A DNA stretch of 64,000 nt from a virus, in IMG/VR virus record IMGVR_UViG_3300050016_000116, positions 35,645 to 99,644 of that record; one strand, written 5' to 3'. The notes under the pieces were generated by a model that saw only the letters and a list, made by a program, of their open reading frames with translations, ran no database searches and had not been told where the DNA came from. Of the stretch, positions 36,437 to 46,746 are shown piece by piece. Position 1 is the stretch's first letter, and each line of letters begins with the position of its first letter. Both the position numbers and the translations under genes were made by a program.

Positions 36437-37003
36437 ATGCGCTCTACGCTTGCCAGGAAGGCTCACCCAGGTCGAATCCTTCTCGTCTTCGCCGCAATGA
36501 TTGCGGTGGCAATCGTCGCATGTGCGCGATTCGACCTTCTCGTACGAGCCCCAGCAGGTTCGATCGTGGATGCGTCTGTCGATGCGTCGATGGGGGTCAC
36601 CACGAACGTCAAGGTGGAGTACGTGGCGGTGAACGGAGAACCGCTTCAACAGCCGAAGCACTTCGGTGCGGTGGCAACGTTCGTAGATCCCTTCTCCTAC
36701 CTCACGGGCACTTGCTCAGCCTGCGATGGAGGGATCTGCAACGTTGCTATTGCGACCGGGTTCTACGTCACTGGACTCGCCATGCACGCCACTGCGGATG
36801 GGGGAGCTTTGACAATCACCCCGAGTGGTCCCCAGGTGACCGACGCACAACCAGGAGGCGCGATTCCCATCCCCGCGGGTGGCTTCTCGCTCGCGCGACC
36901 GAGCATCAACGGGAGCCAGAGCGAGCTGGGCAACGCATCCAACTTCCAGTTTTCGGGGTGTGATTCTTACTTCCTTGCGCTCCAGAAGGGTGTGGGTCCG
37001 TGA
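36437..37003 (+). CDS. Putative lipoprotein/exported beta-rich protein
   Basis: AGGAGG RBS; hydrophobic stretch ending IVAC. Confidence 0.6.
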   Translation: MRSTLARKAHPGRILLVFAAMIAVAIVACARFDLLVRAPAGSIVDASVDASMGVTTNVKVEYVAVNGEPLQQPKHFGAVATFVDPFSYLTGTCSACDGGICNVAIATGFYVTGLAMHATADGGALTITPSGPQVTDAQPGGAIPIPAGGFSLARPSINGSQSELGNASNFQFSGCDSYFLALQKGVGP

Positions 37004-37004
37004 G

Positions 37005-37862
37005 ATGGTTGCTGCTGCCCTCACGTTCGTCCAAGGGTTGACGGTAGGCATCGCGGGACAAGCGCTCTACGGCGCACTCGCGGCTGCCGTCGTGGTCAGC
37101 AACGGGAACAACACGGGCGTCGCAGTCTGGACGTACACCGTGATCGACGTTCCTCCGGGGAGCGTGGTCCCCACGGGAGTTGTCCAAACGGGGTTGACGC
37201 CCACGTGGACGTTCTTTCCGGACGTCACGGGTGGCTACCTTGTCGAGGTCACGGTCACCGATGCCTTCGGGAACACGGTTTCCGACATCCGGTGCTTCGG
37301 GGTCAAGGAGGCGCACGGGCTCTTCCAACCGCCATTCGCAGCCAACGCGGCGATGCTGAACTTCAGCAACGGCAAGCGCGGCTGGGCAGTCATCATGGAG
37401 GCGTGGTTCACGTACATCCTCACGATCGGGGGTGGAGGCGGTGGAGGGATCATCCCACCGACCGCGGTGAACAACGCGGGCATGACTTCCGTTGTGCTTG
37501 CTGCGCTCGTGGCTTCGAACACAAACGCAGGGGCACGTCTTGCAGTCGATTGCTCAGCAGGATCGGTTGCTATCGGAATGCCAGCTCTCCCCGCGGGTAC
37601 TCCGGTCATCATCACGATCGTGAAGGGTGATCCTTCGGTTCATGCGGTCACCCTCACGGGACCGGGTGGACAGACGATCCAGCATCAGAATGGACCGATG
37701 ACTGCGACGTATACCACTGCTCCCCCGACTCTCCAGGACACTACCCTCTCCGCGGGTACGTCCGCAGTCACGAACATCTGGGTGTTCGATGCTCCCGGGT
37801 ATCTCGGGACTACGAGTGTTTACAGCGCGAGCAACGCAGCCGGCAGCTACACGGTGAACTGA
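37005..37862 (+). CDS. Putative virion structural protein (PKD/Ig-like N-terminus, fibre-like C-terminus)
   Basis: WT.IDVPPGS...FFPDVTGGYLVEVTVTD. Confidence 0.6.
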   Translation: MVAAALTFVQGLTVGIAGQALYGALAAAVVVSNGNNTGVAVWTYTVIDVPPGSVVPTGVVQTGLTPTWTFFPDVTGGYLVEVTVTDAFGNTVSDIRCFGVKEAHGLFQPPFAANAAMLNFSNGKRGWAVIMEAWFTYILTIGGGGGGGIIPPTAVNNAGMTSVVLAALVASNTNAGARLAVDCSAGSVAIGMPALPAGTPVIITIVKGDPSVHAVTLTGPGGQTIQHQNGPMTATYTTAPPTLQDTTLSAGTSAVTNIWVFDAPGYLGTTSVYSASNAAGSYTVN

Positions 37863-37863
37863 C

Positions 37864-40635
37864 ATGAAGCGAATCATCTTCTTCGCACTCACTATCGTGT
37901 GCGTTGTCGGAGTTGTCTTGGGGGTCGCATGCGTAACCCCTTCTTCGAACGACATGTTGTCTTTTGCTGATGCAGGCGAAGGAGGACGTTCGTTTGGAGC
38001 GGGTCAGAACTACGCGATCCCGGTTGGACCAGCGGGTCCTACTCCTCCCTTCGTCAATGGGCTCACTGACGCGTACCCCTACCCAACCGTTGCAGCTCTT
38101 CCGACAGTAGGAGGAACTCCGGGTACGTGTCCCTATTGGGATGATGCGGGCACCCTCCAGCACTCAACTACGTGTGGAGGTCCTGATGGGGCAATCCCCG
38201 TTACTGTCTTCTCGGGGGACCTCTATGGTCCAAACACTGGACCGCAAGGCATCAACAGCATCACGCCCGACGGCGGAGTGGGCGCCACGGTGCCATTCAA
38301 TGCGTCCACGCTGCAGTGGCCCGCGGGGGCGTCTCCAGGGCTCGTGCAGACGGCTGCCATCGACGGAGGGGGTGCGTCGGCCGTGATTGCGCCCCAGCAA
38401 TGCACGAACAGCGGAGACCCCGGGGGTCTCCATGTCGTTTTGGGCGCGAGTTGCGACGGAGGCGCTGGCGCAGCCGGCTTCACGGTCGGAACCGAGGCTG
38501 GTGCCAACTTCCTGGTCCAGGGCAACGGGCTGATCTACGGCGTCGGCTACGCCACACGCCCGAACGGGAACGACTACATCATCAGTTCTAGCGACAATCT
38601 GGGGCTCAATGCTCCGCTCGCAGCAGCCGATGGCGGCACAGGGGTCACGCTCAGGCAGAACAATCAACCACTAATTAACAGCCAAACCGGGTTCACTGAG
38701 TTCTACACTCAGAATGTGGCCTTTCAGTCGGGTCTCACGTACACGGCGCCGATCATCATCGCACCTAATACGCGCACGGCCAGCACGCCGCCAGGTGATG
38801 TGTACCTGCACGGGCAGGGCGCGATCGTGGGCGCGGGCGCGGGCGCTCAAAGTGGCGGACGGTTGCTGCTATCGGGCGGTGCGCAAGCGGACGGCGGCGC
38901 GGCAGGCGGCGTGCAGCTTGGCGTCGGCAGCCAGTTCGATGGTGGCACTGGCGAGAACACGAGCACGCTCTACAACGTATACGCGGAGACGGTGTGCGAC
39001 GGACCACTCACGTGCGGTGTAGCGCTAGGGCAAGGAGGCACCGGCATCCGCGGTACGGGGACGATCACGAGCGGCAATGGGTGGACGTGGTTCGCGCCGG
39101 CGATCACGGTCCCGACCACGGCCCCAACCGCGGGCACGCTGTGCTGGTCGGACACGTCCACGGGCGTTCTGACGTGCTGGACTGCAGGCGCAATAGCCCC
39201 CTTCATTGTCGGCTCAGGAGGTGGTGGCGGGACTCTGGTGGGGGACGCTGTTGGGCCCATCGGGTCGAACACGGTAGAGAAAATCTGGCACGCGCCGTTC
39301 GACGGCAACCTCGCGACCGCAACGACGGGGTGGGGCATCTACTGGAACCCGTCGAGCTCGGCCGACTGGAAGGCTGGTCCGCTCGACTTCGGCGTTGCCG
39401 GCTCGATCACTGGACTCCTCCCCGTTGCGAACGGTGGGTGGGCTACCTCCTCGACCCCATACGGCACGGCCGGCTACTGCTTCACGTCGAACGGCGGGAG
39501 CACCCCGCCGAGCTGGCAGGTTTGCCCAGGTGGGGTGGACGGCGGGGGAGGCGGAGGCGCACTGACAGTCGGCGGCGGCGGAGGCAGCTTCACCGCGGAC
39601 GTAACAGGCAGCATCTCGGGAACAAACATCCCCACGACGCTCGCGGCCATACAGGGCGTCACGCTCCTCGCGTCAGGAGGGCATGCCCCTACGAGCGGGC
39701 AGGTGCTCGGGTACAACGGCGTCGACTGGCTACCCGTTCCGAATTCGGGATGCGCGTCGATTGGGACGCTCGCGCAGGACGTCACTGCGAGCACACCGGC
39801 AACGTGCGGCGGCTCCGCAAACGCTGTCGTGGCGGGCATCGGTACGGGCCTGTCAAACGTACCCGTTCATGCAGGGACGCTTACGTGGGACACCAGCACC
39901 ACCCCGTACCTGTTCTACGGCGGCACCAACGCCTTCCAGATCCAGGGCTTCGGTGACATTGACCTCTTTCCGAGCGGCAACGCCATCATTAGCGCCGGGG
40001 GTGTCATCGATCTCGAGACCGCAGGGACGATCCGGGAGCAAGTCAACTCGACCAACGTGCAGTTCAATGTGAACACGTTGGAGTGGGCCAGCGCGGTCAG
40101 CGCGCCGAACCTGACTCAACTGCCAACGTCGAGCGGACCTGGACATACGATCACGATCTCGGGGCAGTCGACGTCGGGCGCCCTGCAGTCGGGCGGCGTC
40201 GTCGCTATCATCGGAGGCGGCAACGGCGCCGGTGGCATTCCCGGCGACGTGCAGCTGCAGAGCGTGACGACAGGCAATGCGTTGGGCCGAACGGACTCTA
40301 CTGGGGCCAAGTGGGTCACCGACAACGGGGTCCGACGCCACCTCAACGTACTCAGTTCTAGCTACCAGATCCTAACGTCAGATCACGTAGTAGAAATGAC
40401 CGGCACTGGCGCACAGGTGGACACGCTGCCGCATACACCGACCGTGGGGGACGAGTATGTGGTGTGCTGCCGGATCTCGGCGATATCAGGCTCCTGCACG
40501 CTCGCCGCCGGCAGCGGCCAGAGCATCAACGGCGCAACGAGCCTCCTGCTCGCGGCACCAACGTTCATCACGTGCGAGACCGTCTTGGCGGTGTCGAGCA
40601 CGCAGTTCGTGACGATTGCCGAGGTGCTGAAATGA
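37864..40635 (+). CDS. Large tail-fibre-like protein with an N-terminal signal peptide/lipobox
   Basis: MKRIIFFALTIVCVVGVVLGVAC; repeated L.GD..GP...T.V modules, PTSGQVLGYNG, fibre-type C-terminal module. Confidence 0.7.
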   Translation: MKRIIFFALTIVCVVGVVLGVACVTPSSNDMLSFADAGEGGRSFGAGQNYAIPVGPAGPTPPFVNGLTDAYPYPTVAALPTVGGTPGTCPYWDDAGTLQHSTTCGGPDGAIPVTVFSGDLYGPNTGPQGINSITPDGGVGATVPFNASTLQWPAGASPGLVQTAAIDGGGASAVIAPQQCTNSGDPGGLHVVLGASCDGGAGAAGFTVGTEAGANFLVQGNGLIYGVGYATRPNGNDYIISSSDNLGLNAPLAAADGGTGVTLRQNNQPLINSQTGFTEFYTQNVAFQSGLTYTAPIIIAPNTRTASTPPGDVYLHGQGAIVGAGAGAQSGGRLLLSGGAQADGGAAGGVQLGVGSQFDGGTGENTSTLYNVYAETVCDGPLTCGVALGQGGTGIRGTGTITSGNGWTWFAPAITVPTTAPTAGTLCWSDTSTGVLTCWTAGAIAPFIVGSGGGGGTLVGDAVGPIGSNTVEKIWHAPFDGNLATATTGWGIYWNPSSSADWKAGPLDFGVAGSITGLLPVANGGWATSSTPYGTAGYCFTSNGGSTPPSWQVCPGGVDGGGGGGALTVGGGGGSFTADVTGSISGTNIPTTLAAIQGVTLLASGGHAPTSGQVLGYNGVDWLPVPNSGCASIGTLAQDVTASTPATCGGSANAVVAGIGTGLSNVPVHAGTLTWDTSTTPYLFYGGTNAFQIQGFGDIDLFPSGNAIISAGGVIDLETAGTIREQVNSTNVQFNVNTLEWASAVSAPNLTQLPTSSGPGHTITISGQSTSGALQSGGVVAIIGGGNGAGGIPGDVQLQSVTTGNALGRTDSTGAKWVTDNGVRRHLNVLSSSYQILTSDHVVEMTGTGAQVDTLPHTPTVGDEYVVCCRISAISGSCTLAAGSGQSINGATSLLLAAPTFITCETVLAVSSTQFVTIAEVLK

Positions 40636-41474
40636 GAGCGAACAAGCGGGCACTGTTTCTCCTGGTGCTGGTAACGGCCGCTGTTGTGGTGGCCTTGTAC
40701 GGCGTTTCCAATGCGCAGCAGTACAGCCCAAGCGGCGGCAACACCTTCGGAGGCTTGACAGCGGTGGACGCTACCGCACCGCTCGTACTGACGGTTAGCG
40801 GGACGACCGTGGTGGGCTCTATCTTGGCGTCCACGGACAGCGTGCCTGGGAGCATGAGCGCGGCGGACAAGACGAAGCTCGATGGGATTACGGCGGGATC
40901 AAACACCGTGAACGGCCTAACGTCCCTCACGGGCAGCGTCACCGCGAGCGGGCCAGGCGCGAGCGCCGCGACAGTCGTACAGGTAGACGGCACGGGCACG
41001 GCCACCATCGTGGACGGTGGGACAGCAGCGAACATCGTCGCAACGCAGACCGCATTCGCCTCGGGCAACAAGAACGCTGTCTACAGCGCTCGACAGCGTG
41101 TGCAGACAACGGACGGCACCACCGCGGTTATCTGCTGCCAGTACACGCCGACGAATGACGAGGTGGACCGCTGGAACGTGACCATCACCGCGCGCGATGC
41201 GCAGGGCGACGGAGGCAGCGAGAAATACGGCAGCTTCGGCACGGGCGACATGTCGTTCGTGAGCAACCGTTTTGGCTCTGGGGCGCCTACGCTTTCTCCG
41301 TCGACTCCGGTGCAGATCAACATCGGCGGGGCCGGGTTCTCGGACGGTGCAGTGTGGAACATGACGCTGGCTGCCGTTGTGAGCACCAGCACGGTGCTTA
41401 TCGAGGTCACTGGCGTGCGCGGGTACAACCCAATCACCGTGGACTGCTCATGCGAAGCGCAGACGGGACAATGA
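40632..41474 (+). CDS. Fibre-like protein with a Sec signal peptide
   Basis: MRANKRALFLLVLVTAAVVVALYGVSNA-QQ; GSMSAADKTKLDGI fibre repeat. Confidence 0.7.
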   Translation: MRANKRALFLLVLVTAAVVVALYGVSNAQQYSPSGGNTFGGLTAVDATAPLVLTVSGTTVVGSILASTDSVPGSMSAADKTKLDGITAGSNTVNGLTSLTGSVTASGPGASAATVVQVDGTGTATIVDGGTAANIVATQTAFASGNKNAVYSARQRVQTTDGTTAVICCQYTPTNDEVDRWNVTITARDAQGDGGSEKYGSFGTGDMSFVSNRFGSGAPTLSPSTPVQINIGGAGFSDGAVWNMTLAAVVSTSTVLIEVTGVRGYNPITVDCSCEAQTGQ

Positions 41475-42406
41475 GACGCCTCTTTCCACTGTTCTTGGTC
41501 CTGCTCGCGCTGCTACCAGGCGAGCGACACGCTGCGGCCATGCGCTCGCTCGATTCGGTCCCCGCGATGCGTGGATCTGGGTTCGCACCTCCGGTGCCGC
41601 AGGTACCACCGCGCCTGTCCGCTGCCGTACTGTGGCTACGTGCGGATGCGATCCAGGGGGTCGCGAACGCGGGCGCGGTTACGACGTGGCCAGATCGCAG
41701 TGCGACTGCTGCAGTCTTCGTGCAGGCAACGACAGCAAACAAGCCCGTCTGGAATGCGTCGGATATTACCTATTTCGGTGGCCAGCCCTCGATTACGTCA
41801 ACCGCCTCCAAGTTTTTGGAGTCCGTTGGCAACGTGGTCCAGGCGCAGCCATTCACTCTCTATGCGATCGCCGCAACCACGTCAGTCTCTACGTACCAGG
41901 TGGTGATGTCCAACTCGGGCGATTCGTTCGAATTTGGCTTCAAGACGACAGCCTACTATGCATACGCCCCGACCAATACGTGGGGGGTGGCCACCGGCGG
42001 CGCCGCACACCTGATCTGCTACGAGGCCAGCGGCGCATCGAGCGCGATGTATGTCGACTCGTCTACCGTCGCCAAGACGCTCGCTACCGGCACCGGGAAC
42101 ACGACTGGCGCGTTCGCTGGGCAGGCGGTTGTCGGGTTCAAGACCGGCACCATCGGGCTGATCGGCAACCTCGCAGAGATCATCCTGTACCCCGGGCTGG
42201 ACTCGGCCGCGCAGCGCGCGGATGTCTTCGTCTACGCTGCCAACCACTACCACCTAGCGGTCGCAGCAGCCGATGGCGACCCAGACTGGCGACTCGCGCT
42301 CCTCTACGTGCCGCCCGCAACCGACGTGGGGCCCGCGCTGACAGGTTGGCCGTATCCGACGGTCACCCCGGTCTCGTATGAGGCGAACTACTGGGGCGGG
42401 ATCTGA
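41471..42406 (+). CDS. ConA/LamG-like lectin domain protein with a signal peptide
   Basis: MRRLFPLFLVLLALL; LWLRAD...V.TWPDRS...G.LAEIILY. Confidence 0.7.
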   Translation: MRRLFPLFLVLLALLPGERHAAAMRSLDSVPAMRGSGFAPPVPQVPPRLSAAVLWLRADAIQGVANAGAVTTWPDRSATAAVFVQATTANKPVWNASDITYFGGQPSITSTASKFLESVGNVVQAQPFTLYAIAATTSVSTYQVVMSNSGDSFEFGFKTTAYYAYAPTNTWGVATGGAAHLICYEASGASSAMYVDSSTVAKTLATGTGNTTGAFAGQAVVGFKTGTIGLIGNLAEIILYPGLDSAAQRADVFVYAANHYHLAVAAADGDPDWRLALLYVPPATDVGPALTGWPYPTVTPVSYEANYWGGI

Positions 42407-42670
42407 TGACCGCCCCGCCCCTCGACGAGCTGCTGCGCAAATACCTCGCCACCGAGCCCATTGAGGAATCCTCGGATGTCTGATGACAGGCTCGACGTCG
42501 TACTGAGCAAGCTCGACTCGATGGAGCGTCGGTTCGAGTCCTTCGTTCCGAAGTGGTTGGAGTGCATCAATCAGTGTTCGAAGGGACCGGCAGTGGAGTG
42601 GCCCCACTGAACCGTGTGACACCTACGACCGGGACGGGTAGGCTCCACACACGATGAAGAGGGAGAGGTC

Positions 42671-43174
42671 ATGAAGTTTCCGTTGATCTGGAAGCGTTTC
42701 ACTGCACCGACCGGAAAGCAGCTCGGGCTGGGTACGGATGCCGCGCCGACAAACGCGAACCCAATCCCTTCTGCAACGGTCACTGACAACATCCTGTCTT
42801 CGCGAGCAGTCGGGAAGAACGGGAACTCCGCCAGGCGTATCGCGACCATCTGTCGCTACATCGGCGCTGGCGCACTCGTGCAGCTCCCCATCCAGGCGTT
42901 CGTCTACGACACGGGGTTGGGGTTGTGGTTCCCTCTCGCATCTCCCGGGGTGCAGTTCCCCAACCCCCCTCTCATCGCGCCCAACGGACCCCCCACGTAC
43001 TTTGATCTGGTGGTCCCGATCGACAACATCCCGACCACGACCACACTTCAAGGTCCGGAGTCGGGAGCGCCCCAGATCGTCTTCATCGTCGGGGCTCCGG
43101 TGAACCCGGCACCGGGCGCGGGGGAGTACGACTTCGCTGCGTGCTTCGATCTCGCGGCTGCGTTCGGTCCCTGA
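42671..43174 (+). CDS. Hypothetical (possibly structural) protein
   Basis: GGAGAGG RBS; beta-rich. Confidence 0.6.
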   Translation: MKFPLIWKRFTAPTGKQLGLGTDAAPTNANPIPSATVTDNILSSRAVGKNGNSARRIATICRYIGAGALVQLPIQAFVYDTGLGLWFPLASPGVQFPNPPLIAPNGPPTYFDLVVPIDNIPTTTTLQGPESGAPQIVFIVGAPVNPAPGAGEYDFAACFDLAAAFGP

Positions 43175-43180
43175 TTCCTC

Positions 43181-43483
43181 GTGAAGCTCCTGGAGGCTGT
43201 TCGCGTTCGGATTGGCGAAGGGCTCATCCACCTGGGGACGAGGGTGCTGGGTTTGGACTTCGCTACCCTGGAAGGATTCGAAAAGCGCTTTTCGAATCCC
43301 GAGGATGACGAGGAGGAAGACCACGACGTAGCGCTGGCTCAACCTGTCGTCATCACTGAGCTAGCGCAGGAGATGATAAGACAGGGGAGACCGATGCCCC
43401 CTCCCGCTCCTTCCCCTCCTCGTCCACCTCCCACGGGGAGCATCGCGGCAAGGATGCTTGCTGCCAATCGTTCTCGCCGGTAG
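43181..43483 (+). CDS. Hypothetical protein containing an in-frame palindrome copy
   Basis: ORF between genes; the palindrome reads FEKRFSN. Confidence 0.5.
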   Translation: MKLLEAVRVRIGEGLIHLGTRVLGLDFATLEGFEKRFSNPEDDEEEDHDVALAQPVVITELAQEMIRQGRPMPPPAPSPPRPPPTGSIAARMLAANRSRR

Positions 43484-43498
43484 GAAAAGAGACCTCAC

Positions 43499-45322
43499 AT
43501 GAATATGGTCCCGGTGGGTATGACGTCATTCGGAACAACGGGAGGTGGAGCCTCTTCGTTCCGCGCACGCACGTTCCTCGATGCGCAGCGTTGGGCAGAT
43601 CTCGATCGGCGTCTCTCCTACTTCGACTGCACCCAGCACAACTTCAAGAAGTACGATTGGGACGGGCGAATCCTCATGCCGTCTGGGGGGAACTTCAACG
43701 TCACCCAGCCGTTCCTCGGAGGGCAGCAGCCGTCTTTCTACGTTCCCCTGCGCCAACGACGTCCTGCTGCCCCCTATCGACTCGCGCGGGTCATCGTCAA
43801 GGCGTTCACCACGATGCTCTTCGGGGAAGGTCGCTTCCCGCGCTTTCACGTGGAGGGGGACTCGGACACCGAGGACTACGCCCACGCGCTTGTGAAGGCG
43901 CTGAAGCTCCCCACGAAGATGATCCGCGCCAGGAACTACGGTGGGTCCACGGGAGCGGTCGGGATGTCCTGGGGCTTCCTCGAAGGGAAGCCGCGATGTC
44001 AGCCCCACAACGTGCGCGACCTCTTCGTTCACGAGTGGGAGGATCGCGAGGAGTGCATTCCGCGGCATGTCACCGAACTCTACCGCTCGGAGGTGGAGGA
44101 GTGGGACAGCTCGAAGCGGCGCTACGTCACGAACGTGTACCTGAATCGACGTGACTGGACACCCAACGTCGACATCGTCTTCATGCCCGCGAAGCTCGAA
44201 CCGGGGAAGGAGGCGCAGTGGATCCCGGACCTCACGAAGAGTTCGAAGCACGATGACGGGGAGATCCACTTCACGTGGATTCAGAACCAACCGGATGACA
44301 ACCCTGACTCCGTTCCAGACTACGAAGGGCTCTTTGAGAACTTTGACTCTCTGGACATCATCCTCTCTGTCATCACCAGAGGTGCCACTCTCAACCTTGA
44401 TCCCACCCTCGTTCTGAAGATGGATCCCGACCTCATCAACGCGATGGGCGTGCGCAAGGGTTCAGAGAATGCACTTGTGGTCGGCGAAGAAGGTGGTGCC
44501 GAGTACATGGAGCTGGATGGCAAGAGCATCGATGCTGGCATCAATCTCTTCAATGCAAAGAGGAAGGCGATCCTTGAAGTCGCGCAGTGCGTGCTCCCCA
44601 ACCCCGACGAGATCACTGCCAACGGGACTTCCTCCGTTGCGATGAAGCTTCTCTACCAGCCGATGCTGGGGCAGCTTGATGTTCTCCGTGAGCAGTACGC
44701 AGATGGGATGAGCCGGATGATCATGACGATGATCGCGATCTCCCGCGCGACCGGGCGATCCACCGTCACCGTCTACAACGAGCAGAACGAACCCTCCGAG
44801 GTCCAGCGGGAGATCCTTCTCCCGCAGAAGGTCACGGAGGAGGATGAGCTGGATGACGACGGGACTCCCACCGGGGAGAAGAAGACCATCCGGGAGGACC
44901 GGAACCCGGGAGACGGTGAGGATTGCGAGGCGCAATGGGGCCCGTACTTCCCTCCGACCCCGAATGACCAGAGTGTCACCGCTACGACCCTGTCGCTCGC
45001 AACTGGCGCTCAGCCCTTCATGAGCACGCAGACCGCGACGGAGATCTTCATGCAGGTCTTCAATCGCAGGCCCCAGGACGAGCTACAACGTGTTCAGCGG
45101 GAGAAGGATGCGAATCAGGCTCAGCAGAGTCAGATGTTTGCAGCAGGGGCCCCGGGAGGGGCTGTAAGCTCTCCTGGTCAGTTGCCTCCAGGAGCCAAGC
45201 CGAAGGGGGGAAAACCTCTAGGCGGGGCTCCTAAGCCCAGCGTTGGTCCAAAGAAGGGGGCTATGGGAACCGGGACGGAGTCTGGTCCACCGAGTCCGAA
45301 ACCTGGGTCTCAGATCGAGTAG
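43499..45322 (+). CDS. Portal protein
   Basis: Size, position before the MuF-like gene, SSVAMKLLYQPML and W.P.FP motifs of SPP1 gp6-like portals. Confidence 0.82.
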   Translation: MNMVPVGMTSFGTTGGGASSFRARTFLDAQRWADLDRRLSYFDCTQHNFKKYDWDGRILMPSGGNFNVTQPFLGGQQPSFYVPLRQRRPAAPYRLARVIVKAFTTMLFGEGRFPRFHVEGDSDTEDYAHALVKALKLPTKMIRARNYGGSTGAVGMSWGFLEGKPRCQPHNVRDLFVHEWEDREECIPRHVTELYRSEVEEWDSSKRRYVTNVYLNRRDWTPNVDIVFMPAKLEPGKEAQWIPDLTKSSKHDDGEIHFTWIQNQPDDNPDSVPDYEGLFENFDSLDIILSVITRGATLNLDPTLVLKMDPDLINAMGVRKGSENALVVGEEGGAEYMELDGKSIDAGINLFNAKRKAILEVAQCVLPNPDEITANGTSSVAMKLLYQPMLGQLDVLREQYADGMSRMIMTMIAISRATGRSTVTVYNEQNEPSEVQREILLPQKVTEEDELDDDGTPTGEKKTIREDRNPGDGEDCEAQWGPYFPPTPNDQSVTATTLSLATGAQPFMSTQTATEIFMQVFNRRPQDELQRVQREKDANQAQQSQMFAAGAPGGAVSSPGQLPPGAKPKGGKPLGGAPKPSVGPKKGAMGTGTESGPPSPKPGSQIE

Positions 45323-45325
45323 TTC

Positions 45326-46420
45326 GTGACTTCCGGTCTTTCCCTCGCGCATGAGACGCTTCTGTCCAACCGGGCGGAAGCGCTCAACCTCGCCAACGGC
45401 AAGGGACTGCGGGACACCAAGGTGCTCCTGGAGGAAGCAGCCAGGGATCTGAAGAAGCGCATCTCTCAGCGGGTTCGACCGGGCAAGGACGACACCTTCA
45501 CGCTGGCGCAGCTCAAGACCACACTCGCGCAAGTCGAAGATGTCACCCGTGGGCTCGTGCAGGGGATCCAGACGAACCTTCTCGACACGGGGGACGTTGC
45601 AGCCAATCTCGCTGCCAGCGACACCATCGACTACCTGCGCACCGCAGACAAAGCGTTCCGAGGAGTGGGGGTTCAGCCGCTCGCGTTGAAGGAAGTGACG
45701 ATGTTGGACGCGGCGACCCAAGGTGTTCGCTCTTCTATCCTCTCGCGTCTCGCGTCCTCGGGGGAACCGATCGAAGGGGCGGACGAAGAGCCCCATCCTG
45801 CGAAGATGGGGATCCTCCAGCGCTACGGAGTCGAGACCATCGGAAACTTCGAGAGGGTGTTGCAGCGCGGGCTCATCACGCGGAAGTCGTGGAGTGCGAT
45901 GGAAGCGGAGATCACGGAACAGAGTCCGTTCCTCCAAGGGCAACCCGCATGGTGGGCAACTCGCATTGTCAGAACTGAAGCAATGTCCGCCTACAACGCT
46001 GCCGGTTGGGAGAGCATCCGCGAAGCTGATGACCAGCTCGAAGACATGGTGAAGTTCCTCGCTGCCACGTTTGATGACCGAACGGGAGCTGACTCCTATG
46101 CGGTGCATGGGCAATGCCGGCGACCCGAGCAAGCGTTCCAGAGTTGGTACGGGTTTTACCAGCACCCCCCGAATCGACCCAACGATCGTGAGATCGTGGT
46201 GCCTCATCGCATCTCTTGGAAGATCCCTCCCTACCTCGCTGCACGTTCGGATGAAGAGGTGGCGAGAGTGTGGAAACTCGAAGGGAACAAGAAGGGAGTT
46301 CCTCCGCGTCCTCCTATCACCACAGTTGAGTTCTCCTTGTTCGGCAAAGAGCCGGAGAAGAAGCTGCCTGCCAAGACACCAGAGTTGGAGGAGAGTCCCG
46401 AGGACATTGACGCTCATTGA
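45326..46420 (+). CDS. Head morphogenesis protein (Mu gpF/SPP1 gp7-like)
   Basis: ATRIVRTE...AYN, ATFDDRT...HGQ, HPPNRPNDR. Confidence 0.85.
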   Translation: MTSGLSLAHETLLSNRAEALNLANGKGLRDTKVLLEEAARDLKKRISQRVRPGKDDTFTLAQLKTTLAQVEDVTRGLVQGIQTNLLDTGDVAANLAASDTIDYLRTADKAFRGVGVQPLALKEVTMLDAATQGVRSSILSRLASSGEPIEGADEEPHPAKMGILQRYGVETIGNFERVLQRGLITRKSWSAMEAEITEQSPFLQGQPAWWATRIVRTEAMSAYNAAGWESIREADDQLEDMVKFLAATFDDRTGADSYAVHGQCRRPEQAFQSWYGFYQHPPNRPNDREIVVPHRISWKIPPYLAARSDEEVARVWKLEGNKKGVPPRPPITTVEFSLFGKEPEKKLPAKTPELEESPEDIDAH

Positions 46421-46506
46421 GGGCAACGGTGGACGAGTAGCCACGCTTCGGGTACCACTCAGGGAGATTCGAAAAGCGCTTTTCGAATCACGTAGGGAGT
46501 GGCCAC

Positions 46507-46722
46507 ATGAGCGTCTTCAAGCCCAAGTCGACACCGACAACCAATGAGAACGAGACGCGGCCTGTCGCAGCTCCTCTCCAGGGCAAGGAGGTTGCTCACT
46601 CCCGAGACACGGGCGATCCTCTGCCGCAGTCGAGCACCGACACTCCTGACCATCCCCCGGAGATTGCGTGGCCGGTGGCGGGTGGTCAGGATGACCGCAA
46701 GCCGTTCAAGTCCCTCAAGTAG
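46507..46722 (+). CDS. Small disordered protein ending KPFKSLK
   Basis: GGGAG RBS. Confidence 0.6.
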   Translation: MSVFKPKSTPTTNENETRPVAAPLQGKEVAHSRDTGDPLPQSSTDTPDHPPEIAWPVAGGQDDRKPFKSLK

Positions 46723-46746
46723 GTCCAACCCTAAGGAGCAGTCATC

